Positions 15,689 through 24,733 of a stretch of 41,028 nt of DNA are shown here, piece after piece. The stretch comes from a virus (lineage: Duplodnaviria > Caudoviricetes): the IMG/VR virus record IMGVR_UViG_3300027581_000015, positions 1 through 41,028 of that record. The stretch is one strand, 5' to 3'. How positions within the stretch are numbered: the stretch's first letter is position 1; each line of letters opens with the position of its first letter. A model generated the notes under the pieces. It had not been told where the DNA came from, made no database searches, and was given only the letters and a program-made list of their open reading frames with translations. The position numbers and the translations under genes were made by a program.

Positions 15689-15696
15689 TCTTAGCC

Positions 15697-15915
15697 CTAC
15701 CATTCAGGTGGAGCAACTGCGAGCGCATCTAGCGTGGCTATATTGATGCACCCGACTGCTGGGATGTCAATACGACGCTGCAACCCTTTTAACATTTCCT
15801 GTAGGGGAGCATCAAGCACATCATCGCCAGCAACATTAAGAGCTATACGAACCTTCGTAACTAGCTCACTTCTTTCATCTGGTCCAACAAGTGTCAATAA
15901 TTTATTTGTATCCAT
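15697..15915 (-). CDS. Stand-alone peptidoglycan-binding-domain-like protein
   Basis: PGBD-like pattern: V..V...L....D...D......LKGLQ....IPAVG.I...TLDAL. Confidence 0.5.
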   Translation of the reverse strand: MDTNKLLTLVGPDERSELVTKVRIALNVAGDDVLDAPLQEMLKGLQRRIDIPAVGCINIATLDALAVAPPEW

Positions 15916-17822
15916 TAAGAAATAATTTGTTCGGTATCAATAGTCTGTAACTGAATAGTAACTATTCCTCCGAACCCACTCGCAAAAGTGGGAGGTGCTG
16001 CTTGCTCAAATTGAATAGCACGGATAACACAGATTCTTTCTTCTCCATTAGAAAAGTCTTGGTAGAGTACTGCTCCTCCATTTTGTTCAATGCGTTCCAA
16101 ATAACTAATCCGTTCCCACGGTATTGAGATTCTGGTATTGCCATTGGGGTCTCGCTCCTCTTCATAACAAAGTAATGGAACAGTTAATGTTCTAGATCTT
16201 TGTGGTGCAGGTAATGCACGTATCTGCCACTCTTCTAATTTAGGTGACTTAGTAGTATCAGATGAATCTCTAGTAAAGTTAAATGTAATTTCAAAGTGAT
16301 CTGATGGTTGGACATAGCCAGCTAATGTAATCTCAGTGCTCATACCAAGGGGAGTTGAACCAATAGTTATAAGTTGATCATCTTGGTCTTCTACAGTAAA
16401 ACCTAATGTACCGCCAGTGTCTGCCTCAGAGTTAATCAATAAAGATACTGGTTGTTTTCTTTCACTAGTACCCCATCTAATCCAGCCAGACTTTAAATAA
16501 CCAGATGTTGCTTTAACTGTAGCAGATTCAATCCACACACCAGTAGATGATGTAATAAGTTTTTGTCCTGTTGTACCAATAAATGCAACACCGTTAGGTG
16601 AACTGCTATCAATAACTAAATCAGATGCATAGGCATAGCCATTACCTACGGCTTGACCTAGGTTAATTCGCCACAATCCAGTAGACCCAGATACGGTTTC
16701 AGATCTAGTTCCGTATACATAAGACTGGTCAAAGGCTAAGTCAGATACATTACCAGTAACATTAAGAGGTCCATATGTAAATGATGTACCATCTGTTCCA
16801 ACTGTACCTACACGAATACCTTTAGATGTAGCAAGAACAACAAACTCATTTAAGTAAACTCTAACCTGCTTTAAAGATTCACCCCTAGGTAACTCTGCAA
16901 TAACGACAGGGTCGTTAATTGCAGCTACTGCAGAGGTAGCATTCATTGTATAAGATTGGATTCTTGATACGGCACCTTGTGTATAGCCAACAATAATAGA
17001 TCCAGGCAGTTCACTAATTGAATTAAAAGTTAAAGATGTATTTGCAAACGTGTATCTAATATCACCACTTGCCATTGTATTAGGAGGAGAAGTTGGGTTC
17101 CTACCTAATTCATATACATGTACATCAGCAGAGTCATGCATAACTCCAGCAATAATTCTATCTTTAACATAGGCAATTGCTTGAACTGTTTGTGTTGTTA
17201 CTGCCGATGGCTTGCTATATAATTTAGTTACAGCCAACGCTGTGCTTACTTGATATATACCATTGTTAGCTCCAACAATTGCAAAGGTTCCATCTGATGT
17301 TAATACCTGTGCGGTTGTAGATGTAGCCAAAGATGTGGATGTAGTTGTACTACCATTGTAAAAACTTACGTTACCACCTGATATAAAAAATGTGCCACCT
17401 GATACAGTTGCTGGGTAAGATGCTGCTGCTGTACTTAATTGTGTGGTTGCTGGCAATAATGAAAGCTCGCCAAGAGTCCAAGGATCTACGTTGTTTGATT
17501 CATAGAATCTAAATAGATCAGATGACTCTGCGTCATAGAATCTTTCGCCTGCACCATGATGCCATGAGGTTGCAGATCTTAACCACCAGTTAGATAGCGA
17601 CTGCTCACCAGCAGTTGCGCTCTGGTCAATACGTTCCTTCTGGTATGTCGTAGTAATTCTAGAAATTTTATTATTATCGGAAGCAGCAGAAAGCCAAGGA
17701 GTATTACCTATAGCATAACTAGCAGCGAAATCCTCACGTTGGTATCTAACCAACGCAGTAGGGATGTTAACGCTAATTGCAATAGGCAAATCACCTTTAA
17801 GATATTTGTTGGTTGTTGCCAC
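15915..17822 (-). CDS. Tail structural protein (beta-rich, nozzle-like)
   Basis: 635 aa beta-rich S/T/G protein in the tail module; SWHHGAG motif. Confidence 0.6.
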   Translation of the reverse strand: MATTNKYLKGDLPIAISVNIPTALVRYQREDFAASYAIGNTPWLSAASDNNKISRITTTYQKERIDQSATAGEQSLSNWWLRSATSWHHGAGERFYDAESSDLFRFYESNNVDPWTLGELSLLPATTQLSTAAASYPATVSGGTFFISGGNVSFYNGSTTTSTSLATSTTAQVLTSDGTFAIVGANNGIYQVSTALAVTKLYSKPSAVTTQTVQAIAYVKDRIIAGVMHDSADVHVYELGRNPTSPPNTMASGDIRYTFANTSLTFNSISELPGSIIVGYTQGAVSRIQSYTMNATSAVAAINDPVVIAELPRGESLKQVRVYLNEFVVLATSKGIRVGTVGTDGTSFTYGPLNVTGNVSDLAFDQSYVYGTRSETVSGSTGLWRINLGQAVGNGYAYASDLVIDSSSPNGVAFIGTTGQKLITSSTGVWIESATVKATSGYLKSGWIRWGTSERKQPVSLLINSEADTGGTLGFTVEDQDDQLITIGSTPLGMSTEITLAGYVQPSDHFEITFNFTRDSSDTTKSPKLEEWQIRALPAPQRSRTLTVPLLCYEEERDPNGNTRISIPWERISYLERIEQNGGAVLYQDFSNGEERICVIRAIQFEQAAPPTFASGFGGIVTIQLQTIDTEQIIS

Positions 17823-17832
17823 GCTTTATCTC

Positions 17833-18234
17833 CTACTTCTTATTTGGTTGTTCCATCCATTTAAACCATGGTGATGCGTCATTACCACATTCATCTTTAA
17901 TAGATATGTGTAAATGTTTTATGTGTTTATTAGAGCCAGTATATTTTCTATCGCCTTTTTGTTTAGACCAAATACGACTATCAAATATTAAATAAGAAAC
18001 TCTATTGTCTTCTTTAAGTCGATTGTAAATATCTTTACAATCTACTCCACCAATAGGATCATGAGTTAGATCTACTGCTAGACCAGTATTGTGGTCTGAA
18101 TCAGGACTGGCTACTTGATGAGCAGCAGATGGTAGTAGACCATCGCTTGCTTTCTTCCTCTTTGGAAACAATTCCGTCGCTTGGCGCAGCACAGCAATTG
18201 CAGCAGGTGTGGCTTTCTTGACTACAGGTTTCAT
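17833..18234 (-). CDS. Endolysin, Zn peptidase (M15/DD-peptidase-like fold)
   Basis: SDHNTGLAVD and HxxHxHIS motifs; adjacent to holin-like genes. Confidence 0.7.
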   Translation of the reverse strand: MKPVVKKATPAAIAVLRQATELFPKRKKASDGLLPSAAHQVASPDSDHNTGLAVDLTHDPIGGVDCKDIYNRLKEDNRVSYLIFDSRIWSKQKGDRKYTGSNKHIKHLHISIKDECGNDASPWFKWMEQPNKK

Positions 18235-18434
18235 TCATTACTCTTTCCAGCCACTAGTTCATATAAACTGTCAATCCTAGTTTCTAATCTAGAAATGGAA
18301 TCTTTTATCGAGCTGCCCCCATTCGGGCGAAGTTCATTAAGGTAATGCTTTACCAGCCAACGAACTGAGCCAGCAAAGCTGGCGACTATTGTGGTTACCG
18401 CTACTGCGATACCAGCCCATTCGTTGGTAGTCAT
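18231..18434 (-). CDS. Membrane protein of the lysis cassette
   Basis: N-terminal TM helix then ELRPNGGSSIKD and coiled coil. Confidence 0.7.
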   Translation of the reverse strand: MTTNEWAGIAVAVTTIVASFAGSVRWLVKHYLNELRPNGGSSIKDSISRLETRIDSLYELVAGKSNE

Positions 18435-18640
18435 TACTCTTTAGAACCTATGCCGTATTCGGATTCTGTCTTGTCTAATGCTTTGGCTGCAGGACCTGCG
18501 ATAGCAGCAACAGCAATAGATACGATTGGATCTAATCCAAGTTCATTGCTTGCTAAGAATCCTAAGAATGAAACTAATACACCACGAAGGTATGACTTAA
18601 GTATTGCCTTTTGTTTTGTTGTTAATTTTAATCTGTCCAT
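18434..18640 (-). CDS. Putative holin
   Basis: 68 aa, two hydrophobic helices, upstream of endolysin. Confidence 0.65.
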   Translation of the reverse strand: MDRLKLTTKQKAILKSYLRGVLVSFLGFLASNELGLDPIVSIAVAAIAGPAAKALDKTESEYGIGSKE

Positions 18641-18651
18641 TTATATCTCCT

Positions 18652-18876
18652 TTATAGTGCTGCGATTTCAGCAGCAGTTAAACCAAGTGCTGCTAACTTT
18701 GCTTCTGCTGATGCCTTGGCTGCAGCTTTAGCTAATTCAATTGCCTCTTGTTGTTCTTTTCGAACTGCATCAGCAGCAGCCCTTGCTTCCATTTGCTCAA
18801 TTTCTTCATCAGTCAACTCAATGACTGTCTGTTCACCAGTAGTGCAGTTTACTTCTAATCTAGTTGGTCTAGACAT
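18652..18876 (-). CDS. Small tail-associated protein (possible fibre chaperone)
   Basis: N..TGE....ELTDEE...KLAALGLT..EI pattern after fibre genes; AAGGAG RBS. Confidence 0.6.
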   Translation of the reverse strand: MSRPTRLEVNCTTGEQTVIELTDEEIEQMEARAAADAVRKEQQEAIELAKAAAKASAEAKLAALGLTAAEIAAL

Positions 18877-18905
18877 GTTTTCTCCTTATGTTGATTTGTT
18901 TGTTG

Positions 18906-19421
18906 TTAGATGCCATACACATAAATACTTGTACCGCTAACTATTTGATTTGCGCCATCACCATCAAAATCAACCCTGTCTACAGCATTATTAAAAGCCC
19001 ATTTTTGACCTACTGTATGAAGAAGACCTTGGGCAGCAAAGTTCTCGGCAGTTGCTTCTGTTAGTATCATTTTATGTTGAGTTGTAGATGAGTAGTTATT
19101 TATGTACATCATAGTATTTGTAAAGATATCGCTGGTTGAACTTCCTGCATTGCAATACATATGGTCCCACCTATCGCCATTAGACTCATTAAAAGAAAAT
19201 GCTGTTGCAGTGGTAGGTGAGTAGATAGATTGAGCGTAATAGCCACCACTTTGCCCATTGTTTAAAAACATTTGAAAGTTGGTAATAACTTGAACACCTG
19301 TTTGACGGGCTCTAATAAAAAATATTAAATCCGTGTAAGTGGCTGGAATATTTGAAAACGTAACAGCACTTTGATTTGATGTTAAAACAGTTTTACCAAT
19401 AAACTTATATGTGTTTGCCAT
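18906..19421 (-). CDS. Tail-associated paralogue 3
   Basis: TFSNIPATYTDL ... INNYS ... VYGI. Confidence 0.65.
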   Translation of the reverse strand: MANTYKFIGKTVLTSNQSAVTFSNIPATYTDLIFFIRARQTGVQVITNFQMFLNNGQSGGYYAQSIYSPTTATAFSFNESNGDRWDHMYCNAGSSTSDIFTNTMMYINNYSSTTQHKMILTEATAENFAAQGLLHTVGQKWAFNNAVDRVDFDGDGANQIVSGTSIYVYGI

Positions 19422-19423
19422 GT

Positions 19424-19921
19424 TTATGCCTTTAGTATTCCGTAGAGTGTAAGTTTATATCCAGTATTTAGTGACCCGCCTTGTTCAGGGAATACACGTA
19501 TTTGGTTTATTGCAGATGTGTTACGCCAAGTAGACTGTTGAAGTTGCACTAACCCTACTGCTCCGTTGACTCCATGAGAGAGTATTGTTTTAAATCCGTT
19601 TGTGCCTGAGTAGTTATTGATATGAACTAATCCAGCACCATTGGTTGTGTCAACTCGCCCAACACTGCCACTTGTTGTAGTCGGTTGGTAATCACGACCA
19701 ACACTGCTCCCAGCAGAATAAATGTATCCGTATGAGTAATTGTTACCTGTGTCAATTGAGCCATTTCCTACTTGGATTAGAAGCGCACCTTCACCTAGAG
19801 TGCAACTTCCGCTCATAGTAAAAACAAGGTCTGTGTAAGATTGTGAAATGCCCGTAAAAGTGTAGTTGGCTTGACTGCTAGGCAAAGTATAACTTTGGAT
19901 TAGTTCATAAGTTCCTGGCAT
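19424..19921 (-). CDS. Tail-associated paralogue 2
   Basis: TFTGISQSYTDL ... INNYS ... LYGI. Confidence 0.65.
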   Translation of the reverse strand: MPGTYELIQSYTLPSSQANYTFTGISQSYTDLVFTMSGSCTLGEGALLIQVGNGSIDTGNNYSYGYIYSAGSSVGRDYQPTTTSGSVGRVDTTNGAGLVHINNYSGTNGFKTILSHGVNGAVGLVQLQQSTWRNTSAINQIRVFPEQGGSLNTGYKLTLYGILKA

Positions 19922-19923
19922 AT

Positions 19924-20496
19924 TTATTCTCCAATACCATAAAGGGCAAAAACACTGCCCGAACGAAAAGTAGTACTTCTTGCAATTAAATCAAGTCTTG
20001 TTATTGCAGTAGTTTGGCTAGTCATATTAGAAACATTTGAGGCTCGCATGCTTGAAGAATTTGTAACAAACCCTTGATAACCACGTGTTGTTTTAGGCTT
20101 AGAGCCCGTGTAATCTAATATATCTATAACATAAGATGCAAAGAAGTTAGTTTGGCTAGTAAGGGCTTCGTATATCATAGTACTTCTTGGTCCAGTATTT
20201 TCATCAAAACGACCATTAGAAACCCAACCATTTACGTGGTGGTAGTAAACCTCACTAGTGACGTTGTTAATTGTACCGTCTAATTGAGTATCTGTGGCTG
20301 AAGCAGCGTATACCCGAAGTTGAAGGTGAGTGTAAGTTTGTGGAATACTATTAAAAGTAATCGTGCCACTTGTGCCATCTGCTACTTGACTAGCAATAGA
20401 AGAAAATGAGTTAGGCACAACTGGCACGGGTGGAACTGATAACGCTCCATACCCTCTAGCACTGGCACCAGCCAGTGTGGTAACAAGTGGTGACAT
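19924..20496 (-). CDS. Tail-associated paralogue 1
   Basis: TFNSIPQTYTHL ... ILDYT ... LYGI. Confidence 0.65.
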   Translation of the reverse strand: MSPLVTTLAGASARGYGALSVPPVPVVPNSFSSIASQVADGTSGTITFNSIPQTYTHLQLRVYAASATDTQLDGTINNVTSEVYYHHVNGWVSNGRFDENTGPRSTMIYEALTSQTNFFASYVIDILDYTGSKPKTTRGYQGFVTNSSSMRASNVSNMTSQTTAITRLDLIARSTTFRSGSVFALYGIGE

Positions 20497-20506
20497 CTAA
20501 CTCCCC

Positions 20507-21130
20507 TTAAGCAAACTTAGTTTGTGTTTCAAGAACTGTGTATGTTGCTGATGCAGTCTTAATAATTGTAAATGAATAAGCATCAATAGATGATGCGTTA
20601 CCAGCCGTGATTGCTGCTGGAACTTTTGGAGTTACAGTAGTTCCATCAATTTGGATTGTGTTTGGATAGTAAGCAGTTGCACCATTAGTGTTAAGCCACA
20701 CAAGAGTAATTGTATCTCCTATTGGTAATGCAGTATTAAGAGACACGGAGCTGCTATATCTAAAGTTAAGAGTATGGTTTGCTGTTGCGTTAGATGTGTA
20801 ATACCAGATAGAAGCAGTTGAGACATCAAAGTTAATTGTGCCAGTTGCAGCAGAAGCCACAACATTTATATCTTCTTCTAGCCCTTTGATAGTTGCATCA
20901 ACAAGTGATCCACCAGCAATAGTTGCTGTGTTTATTGCAGGACTTGTTAAGGTTTTATTGGTAAGGGTATCGGTAGTTGCTAAACCAACAAGAGGGAATC
21001 CACCCGCTGTTGATCCATCATGTACTACTACAACATCTTTATCGGTATCTACTGTTAGTTCACCAAGTAGTCCTGTAAAGGCTGCGTGTTGTGCCGTAGT
21101 TCCTCTACGGCGTTGGAATGCGAATGGCAT
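20507..21130 (-). CDS. Tail fibre protein with Mtd/hyaluronidase-type N-terminal domain
   Basis: QRRRGTTAQH..FTG..GELTVDTDK..VVVHDG.TAGG.PL; TLTNKTLTSP. Confidence 0.75.
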   Translation of the reverse strand: MPFAFQRRRGTTAQHAAFTGLLGELTVDTDKDVVVVHDGSTAGGFPLVGLATTDTLTNKTLTSPAINTATIAGGSLVDATIKGLEEDINVVASAATGTINFDVSTASIWYYTSNATANHTLNFRYSSSVSLNTALPIGDTITLVWLNTNGATAYYPNTIQIDGTTVTPKVPAAITAGNASSIDAYSFTIIKTASATYTVLETQTKFA

Positions 21131-22731
21131 TATAGTGTTCCCCAATCTGAGAGGTTGGACCAAGAAGCGGTAGTTCCGTTATTGGTTAAGAAATATCCAT
21201 TTACTCCAGCAGAGATAGCAGGTATATAACCTGCTGCAGCAGAAGCACTTGCTGCTGCCGAGGTTGCACTTGTTGCTGCTGAAGATGCTGAGGTTGCTGC
21301 TGAAGTCTGCGATGTTAACGCACTTGATGCCGAGGTAGCAGCAGAGGTGGCACTGGTTGAAGCATTGCTTGCATAAGTAGAAGCAGATCCAACTGAAGTA
21401 GCAGCCGAACTTGCACTAGTTGCTGCAGAAGCAGCCGATGTTGCAGCTTGACCAGCAGATGTAGTTGCAGTTGCTGCGGATGCAGCAGCATTGGTAGCAC
21501 TAGTTGCTGCTTGACCTGCAGAAGTTACTGCAGTAGCTGCAGAAGTTACTGCCGTAGCAGCAGAAGTTACCGCAGTTGCTGCGGATGAAACTGCTGTTGC
21601 TGCAGAAGATACTGCAATACTTGCAGATGATGCAGCACTAGTAGCAGAAGTGGCAGCACTAGTTGCACTAGTTGCTGCTGCTGTTGCCGAAGCCTGTGTA
21701 TTAGTTTCAAGTGAAGATAAAGAAATCCATGTACCAGTAGAGTTATCAGCAGATGTAATATCTCCCATGTCTCTGACAAGACCAGATGCAACTTGACCAG
21801 CAACTGAAGTATAAGAAGCATTAGCACTTGTGGCAGATGTTAATGCCGAGCTTGCAGATGTTGATGCACTGGCTGCACTTGTTGCAGCAGCGGTAGCACT
21901 AGCAGCAGCAGAGGTTGCAGAAGTTAATGCAGAAGACGCACTGGTTGCTGCACTTGTAGCACTTGTAGTTGCAGCGGTTGCTTGTGTTGCTGCAGAACTT
22001 ACAGAGGTAGCAGCACTAGTTGCACTAGTTGCTGCTGCGGTAGCACTTGCTGCAGCGGATGCAGCAGATGTGGCTGCGTTGGTTGCTTGAGTAGATGCAG
22101 ATGAAAAACTTGTTGCTGCCGAAGTTGCGCTAGTAGCAGCAGCCGTTGCAGAAGCTGCAGCAGATGTAGCTGAAGTTGAGGCAGAGGTTGCGCTGGTTGC
22201 TGCAGCAGCAGCAGATCCAGAAATGCTAGTTACGTATGCTTGGTTAACTGCATCCGTAGAACTTGTTGGTGTTGTTGGTACATTTGTAATTCTATTGCTA
22301 TTAGCATTGAATGTTCCAGCAGCAGTAATAATTGCTGCGGATAAAGTCTTTGTTCCAGTAAGTGTTTGTGTGCCACCAGTACCAACAAAGTCACCAGATA
22401 TACCATGAACATCAGTAGTTGCTACTTCATGTGCTCTTGATTCCGTAAAGTCTCTAGCCGATACACCGTGTTCAACGTTAGCACCAACAGCGTGTGCCTT
22501 AGCACCAGATGAGTCAATGTTACGTGTGATCTGATAGGAAGAACCTACAAGACTGGTTACCTCAATGACCTCTTCATTCGCTGTATCCTTTTCAAGGATC
22601 AGTGTATAAGGATATTGTGCAGGTAAATTAGATGCAGCAGACAGTGTTAAGCTGGTTGCTGAAGAAGATATCGAATCCGCTAAAGTTGTCTTAGCAGCAT
22701 TCGAACTATAATAGCGTGACGGTGATGGCAT
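21130..22731 (-). CDS. Tail fibre protein with Ala/Ser/Thr heptad repeats
   Basis: Long SATSAA[T/A] repeat stalk resembling lambda Stf. Confidence 0.75.
   Translation of the reverse strand: MPSPSRYYSSNAAKTTLADSISSSATSLTLSAASNLPAQYPYTLILEKDTANEEVIEVTSLVGSSYQITRNIDSSGAKAHAVGANVEHGVSARDFTESRAHEVATTDVHGISGDFVGTGGTQTLTGTKTLSAAIITAAGTFNANSNRITNVPTTPTSSTDAVNQAYVTSISGSAAAAATSATSASTSATSAAASATAAATSATSAATSFSSASTQATNAATSAASAAASATAAATSATSAATSVSSAATQATAATTSATSAATSASSALTSATSAAASATAAATSAASASTSASSALTSATSANASYTSVAGQVASGLVRDMGDITSADNSTGTWISLSSLETNTQASATAAATSATSAATSATSAASSASIAVSSAATAVSSAATAVTSAATAVTSAATAVTSAGQAATSATNAAASAATATTSAGQAATSAASAATSASSAATSVGSASTYASNASTSATSAATSASSALTSQTSAATSASSAATSATSAAASASAAAGYIPAISAGVNGYFLTNNGTTASWSNLSDWGTL
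21240..22215 (-). repeat. Degenerate 21-nt coding repeats (7-aa SATSAAT units)
   Basis: Periodic gcagaagttactgc-type units; bounds approximate. Confidence 0.75.
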
Positions 22732-22734
22732 TTA

Positions 22735-23628
22735 TTACCTCGAGTACTGGATAGTGTTTAGGAAGTTGTCTTGTTGTTTTGCTATTTCTTCCGCTAGGCG
22801 GACGGTATAAAGCTGGAATATATACTTGGCTGTATTTGTAGAAGCACCTGCTGAAACAGGTTGATCTAAAGCATCAGCAGATACCGATGTAGCAATTACC
22901 TTACCTGGATCAACTGTTGATAACAGTCGATACATAGCACCAAGGCGGACTACATCCTCACATGATGCTGGTAAACCACTTACTGTTAACTCTTGGTTAT
23001 CAGTAATAGTTGTTGGGAACTTTGTGTATTGAACACGAACTGCTGCTCCAGGCATTGGTGCTTCATTTAATATTAAAGCTTGTCCAGTTGAACCTGAATA
23101 TAGATAGTTAGTATCTAGTCTCCAACGCTTAATTAAGCCCCAGACTCCTGAAGAATCGGGTAGTTCCCAAGATACTCCAGTAACGTTTACTAAAGCAGTT
23201 GGCATTACATAAGAAAAATCACTACCATTAAATGTAAATGTTTCATTAGCGAGAACAGGAAAGTTCATTCCTTTAATTGTTTCAAGGATTGCTCGCTTAA
23301 CTTGAGTACGTGGGAACATAGGATTGTTCTTGACAACTGATCCAGATACATGGCTAGTGGCAGTAGTAGAACGCCACCCTCTACCAGAAGGATTTGCCGA
23401 TGTTCCTAAAATTTGAATTGTTCCAGATGCTGCCACAGATTTTTTAACATATAGTAATTCATCATCAATTTCAACAATACCTTTACTTAAAGCAGTAGCA
23501 TCATCTACAGTTATAGATATATCACCTGCTGTTGTAGTATTAGTTGTAATAGTTACTGACTCTTGGTTCTTAACATAACCACTAACTTCACCAAGCGTTT
23601 GCTCTGTTAATTGATTTAACGTAGCCAT
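22735..23628 (-). CDS. Head-tail adaptor / tail tubular protein
   Basis: Position after capsid; MATLxQL start; Y..FP...L..SGLP..CED. Confidence 0.55.
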   Translation of the reverse strand: MATLNQLTEQTLGEVSGYVKNQESVTITTNTTTAGDISITVDDATALSKGIVEIDDELLYVKKSVAASGTIQILGTSANPSGRGWRSTTATSHVSGSVVKNNPMFPRTQVKRAILETIKGMNFPVLANETFTFNGSDFSYVMPTALVNVTGVSWELPDSSGVWGLIKRWRLDTNYLYSGSTGQALILNEAPMPGAAVRVQYTKFPTTITDNQELTVSGLPASCEDVVRLGAMYRLLSTVDPGKVIATSVSADALDQPVSAGASTNTAKYIFQLYTVRLAEEIAKQQDNFLNTIQYSR

Positions 23629-23870
23629 TATGCTTGAACCGCCTTTCCTAAAGTATCGGATGCCATAACAGCAGCCTTGATATCATGCAACTTTGTAGAC
23701 CTAGGTTGAATACCTTGTTGTCTTGCACTTCTATATGCGTTTAATTCTGTGTTGGCTTGCTTAGATACGGCATTAGCCAGTGGATCTGTAATACTAAAAT
23801 TTGCTGCTCTTGCACATTCGCCCCAGTTAGCATGGTCTTGGGTCTTACAACCAGATCTACAGTTACTCAT
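23628..23870 (-). CDS. Hypothetical protein
   Basis: CRSGCKTQDHxxWGEC motif; coupled to neighbours. Confidence 0.7.
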   Translation of the reverse strand: MSNCRSGCKTQDHANWGECARAANFSITDPLANAVSKQANTELNAYRSARQQGIQPRSTKLHDIKAAVMASDTLGKAVQA

Positions 23871-24117
23871 CCCAGATGTAATCTCCATAACCTGCTGCTG
23901 TTAGCTCAGCAGCTTCAGCGTCTGTAATAACATTGTCATACCCACCACGTAATACACGTTGGTATGTGGCTAGATCACTATCTTTAGGAACAACAACTGT
24001 TGACCATGTTCCGTTATTCTTAATTACACTCTTACCAATTGGATAAGATACAAACCAAAGATCATTAGGACGACCAAGTCTGTAGCGATAAGTAGGTCCA
24101 CGGAATATTTTTGTCAT
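23863..24117 (-). CDS. Hypothetical structural-module protein
   Basis: TAATG-coupled; GG....TDAEAAELTAAGYG. Confidence 0.7.
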   Translation of the reverse strand: MTKIFRGPTYRYRLGRPNDLWFVSYPIGKSVIKNNGTWSTVVVPKDSDLATYQRVLRGGYDNVITDAEAAELTAAGYGDYIWDE

Positions 24118-24392
24118 TACCATTTCACCTTATCTGCCCAGTATGCTGCTGACATAACACCTTTGTTTATGTTTTTAGAATGTCGGGCTTTAAAAGACTG
24201 GCGTCTTTGTCGGTAAGACTTTGTCTCACCAGACTTCTTTGGAGATCCAGATACACCCTGTTGACCAAACCTAATTGTCTTTACTTGGGAGCCAGACTTG
24301 GCTACAACCACATGAGATTTTTTAGGATGGGTAGGTGTTTTCTTTGGTTTATTAAAACCAGATACGCCTGCTCTTTTAAGCCTTGGGTCCAT
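24117..24392 (-). CDS. Basic protein, DUF6321-like
   Basis: KTIRFGQQG, RRQSFKARH, SAAYWADKVKW. Confidence 0.7.
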   Translation of the reverse strand: MDPRLKRAGVSGFNKPKKTPTHPKKSHVVVAKSGSQVKTIRFGQQGVSGSPKKSGETKSYRQRRQSFKARHSKNINKGVMSAAYWADKVKW

Positions 24393-24525
24393 TCTTCTTG
24401 TACTCTCCAACTTTTCCGAGTATTGATTTGATACGTCCGTCTTTGTTTATACGAACTACCATTCCATTTTTAATCTGCATTGGGTTGAAACCATCATGGC
24501 GTTTATAAGTGCCACTAGATGACAT
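24376..24525 (-). CDS. Small basic protein (49 aa, not in ORF track)
   Basis: TAATG-coupled; MSSSGTYKRHDGFNPMQIKNG... Confidence 0.6.
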   Translation of the reverse strand: MSSSGTYKRHDGFNPMQIKNGMVVRINKDGRIKSILGKVGEYKKNGPKA

Positions 24526-24671
24526 TACTTCTTCTTACCCATTTTCTTAACCATTGCTTTTTTCATAGCAGGTTTTACTACCATCTTCTTACCAGTTTTC
24601 TTGGCTGCTTTCTTAGCCATAGCCATTCCTGCTGGTGAGTAACTAAATTTCATTCCGCCTACATTTGGCAT
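24525..24671 (-). CDS. Lys/Met-rich microprotein (48 aa, not in ORF track)
   Basis: AAGGAG RBS; MPNVGGMKFSYSPAGMAMAKKAAKKTGKKMVVKPAMKKAMVKKMGKKK. Confidence 0.7.
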   Translation of the reverse strand: MPNVGGMKFSYSPAGMAMAKKAAKKTGKKMVVKPAMKKAMVKKMGKKK

Positions 24672-24698
24672 TGCTTTCTCCTTTTATTGTTGTTGGGT

Positions 24699-24726
24699 GA
24701 AGAGGGGCTGTTGCCAGCCCCTCTTC
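24699..24726 (-). terminator. Stable hairpin after the capsid gene (partial terminator or mRNA stabiliser)
   Basis: GAAGAGGGGCTG-GCAA-CAGCCCCTCTTC, 12 bp perfect stem, no U tract in the sense direction. Confidence 0.65.
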
Positions 24727-24733
24727 TTTATAA

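Noticed and set aside
20507-21130. Diversity-generating retroelement suggested by the Mtd-like N-terminus
   Set aside because: No reverse transcriptase and no template/variable repeat pair seen.
21315-22412. Alternative-frame and antisense ORFs within the fibre gene
   Set aside because: Artefacts of Ala/Ser/Thr repeat codons lacking stops.
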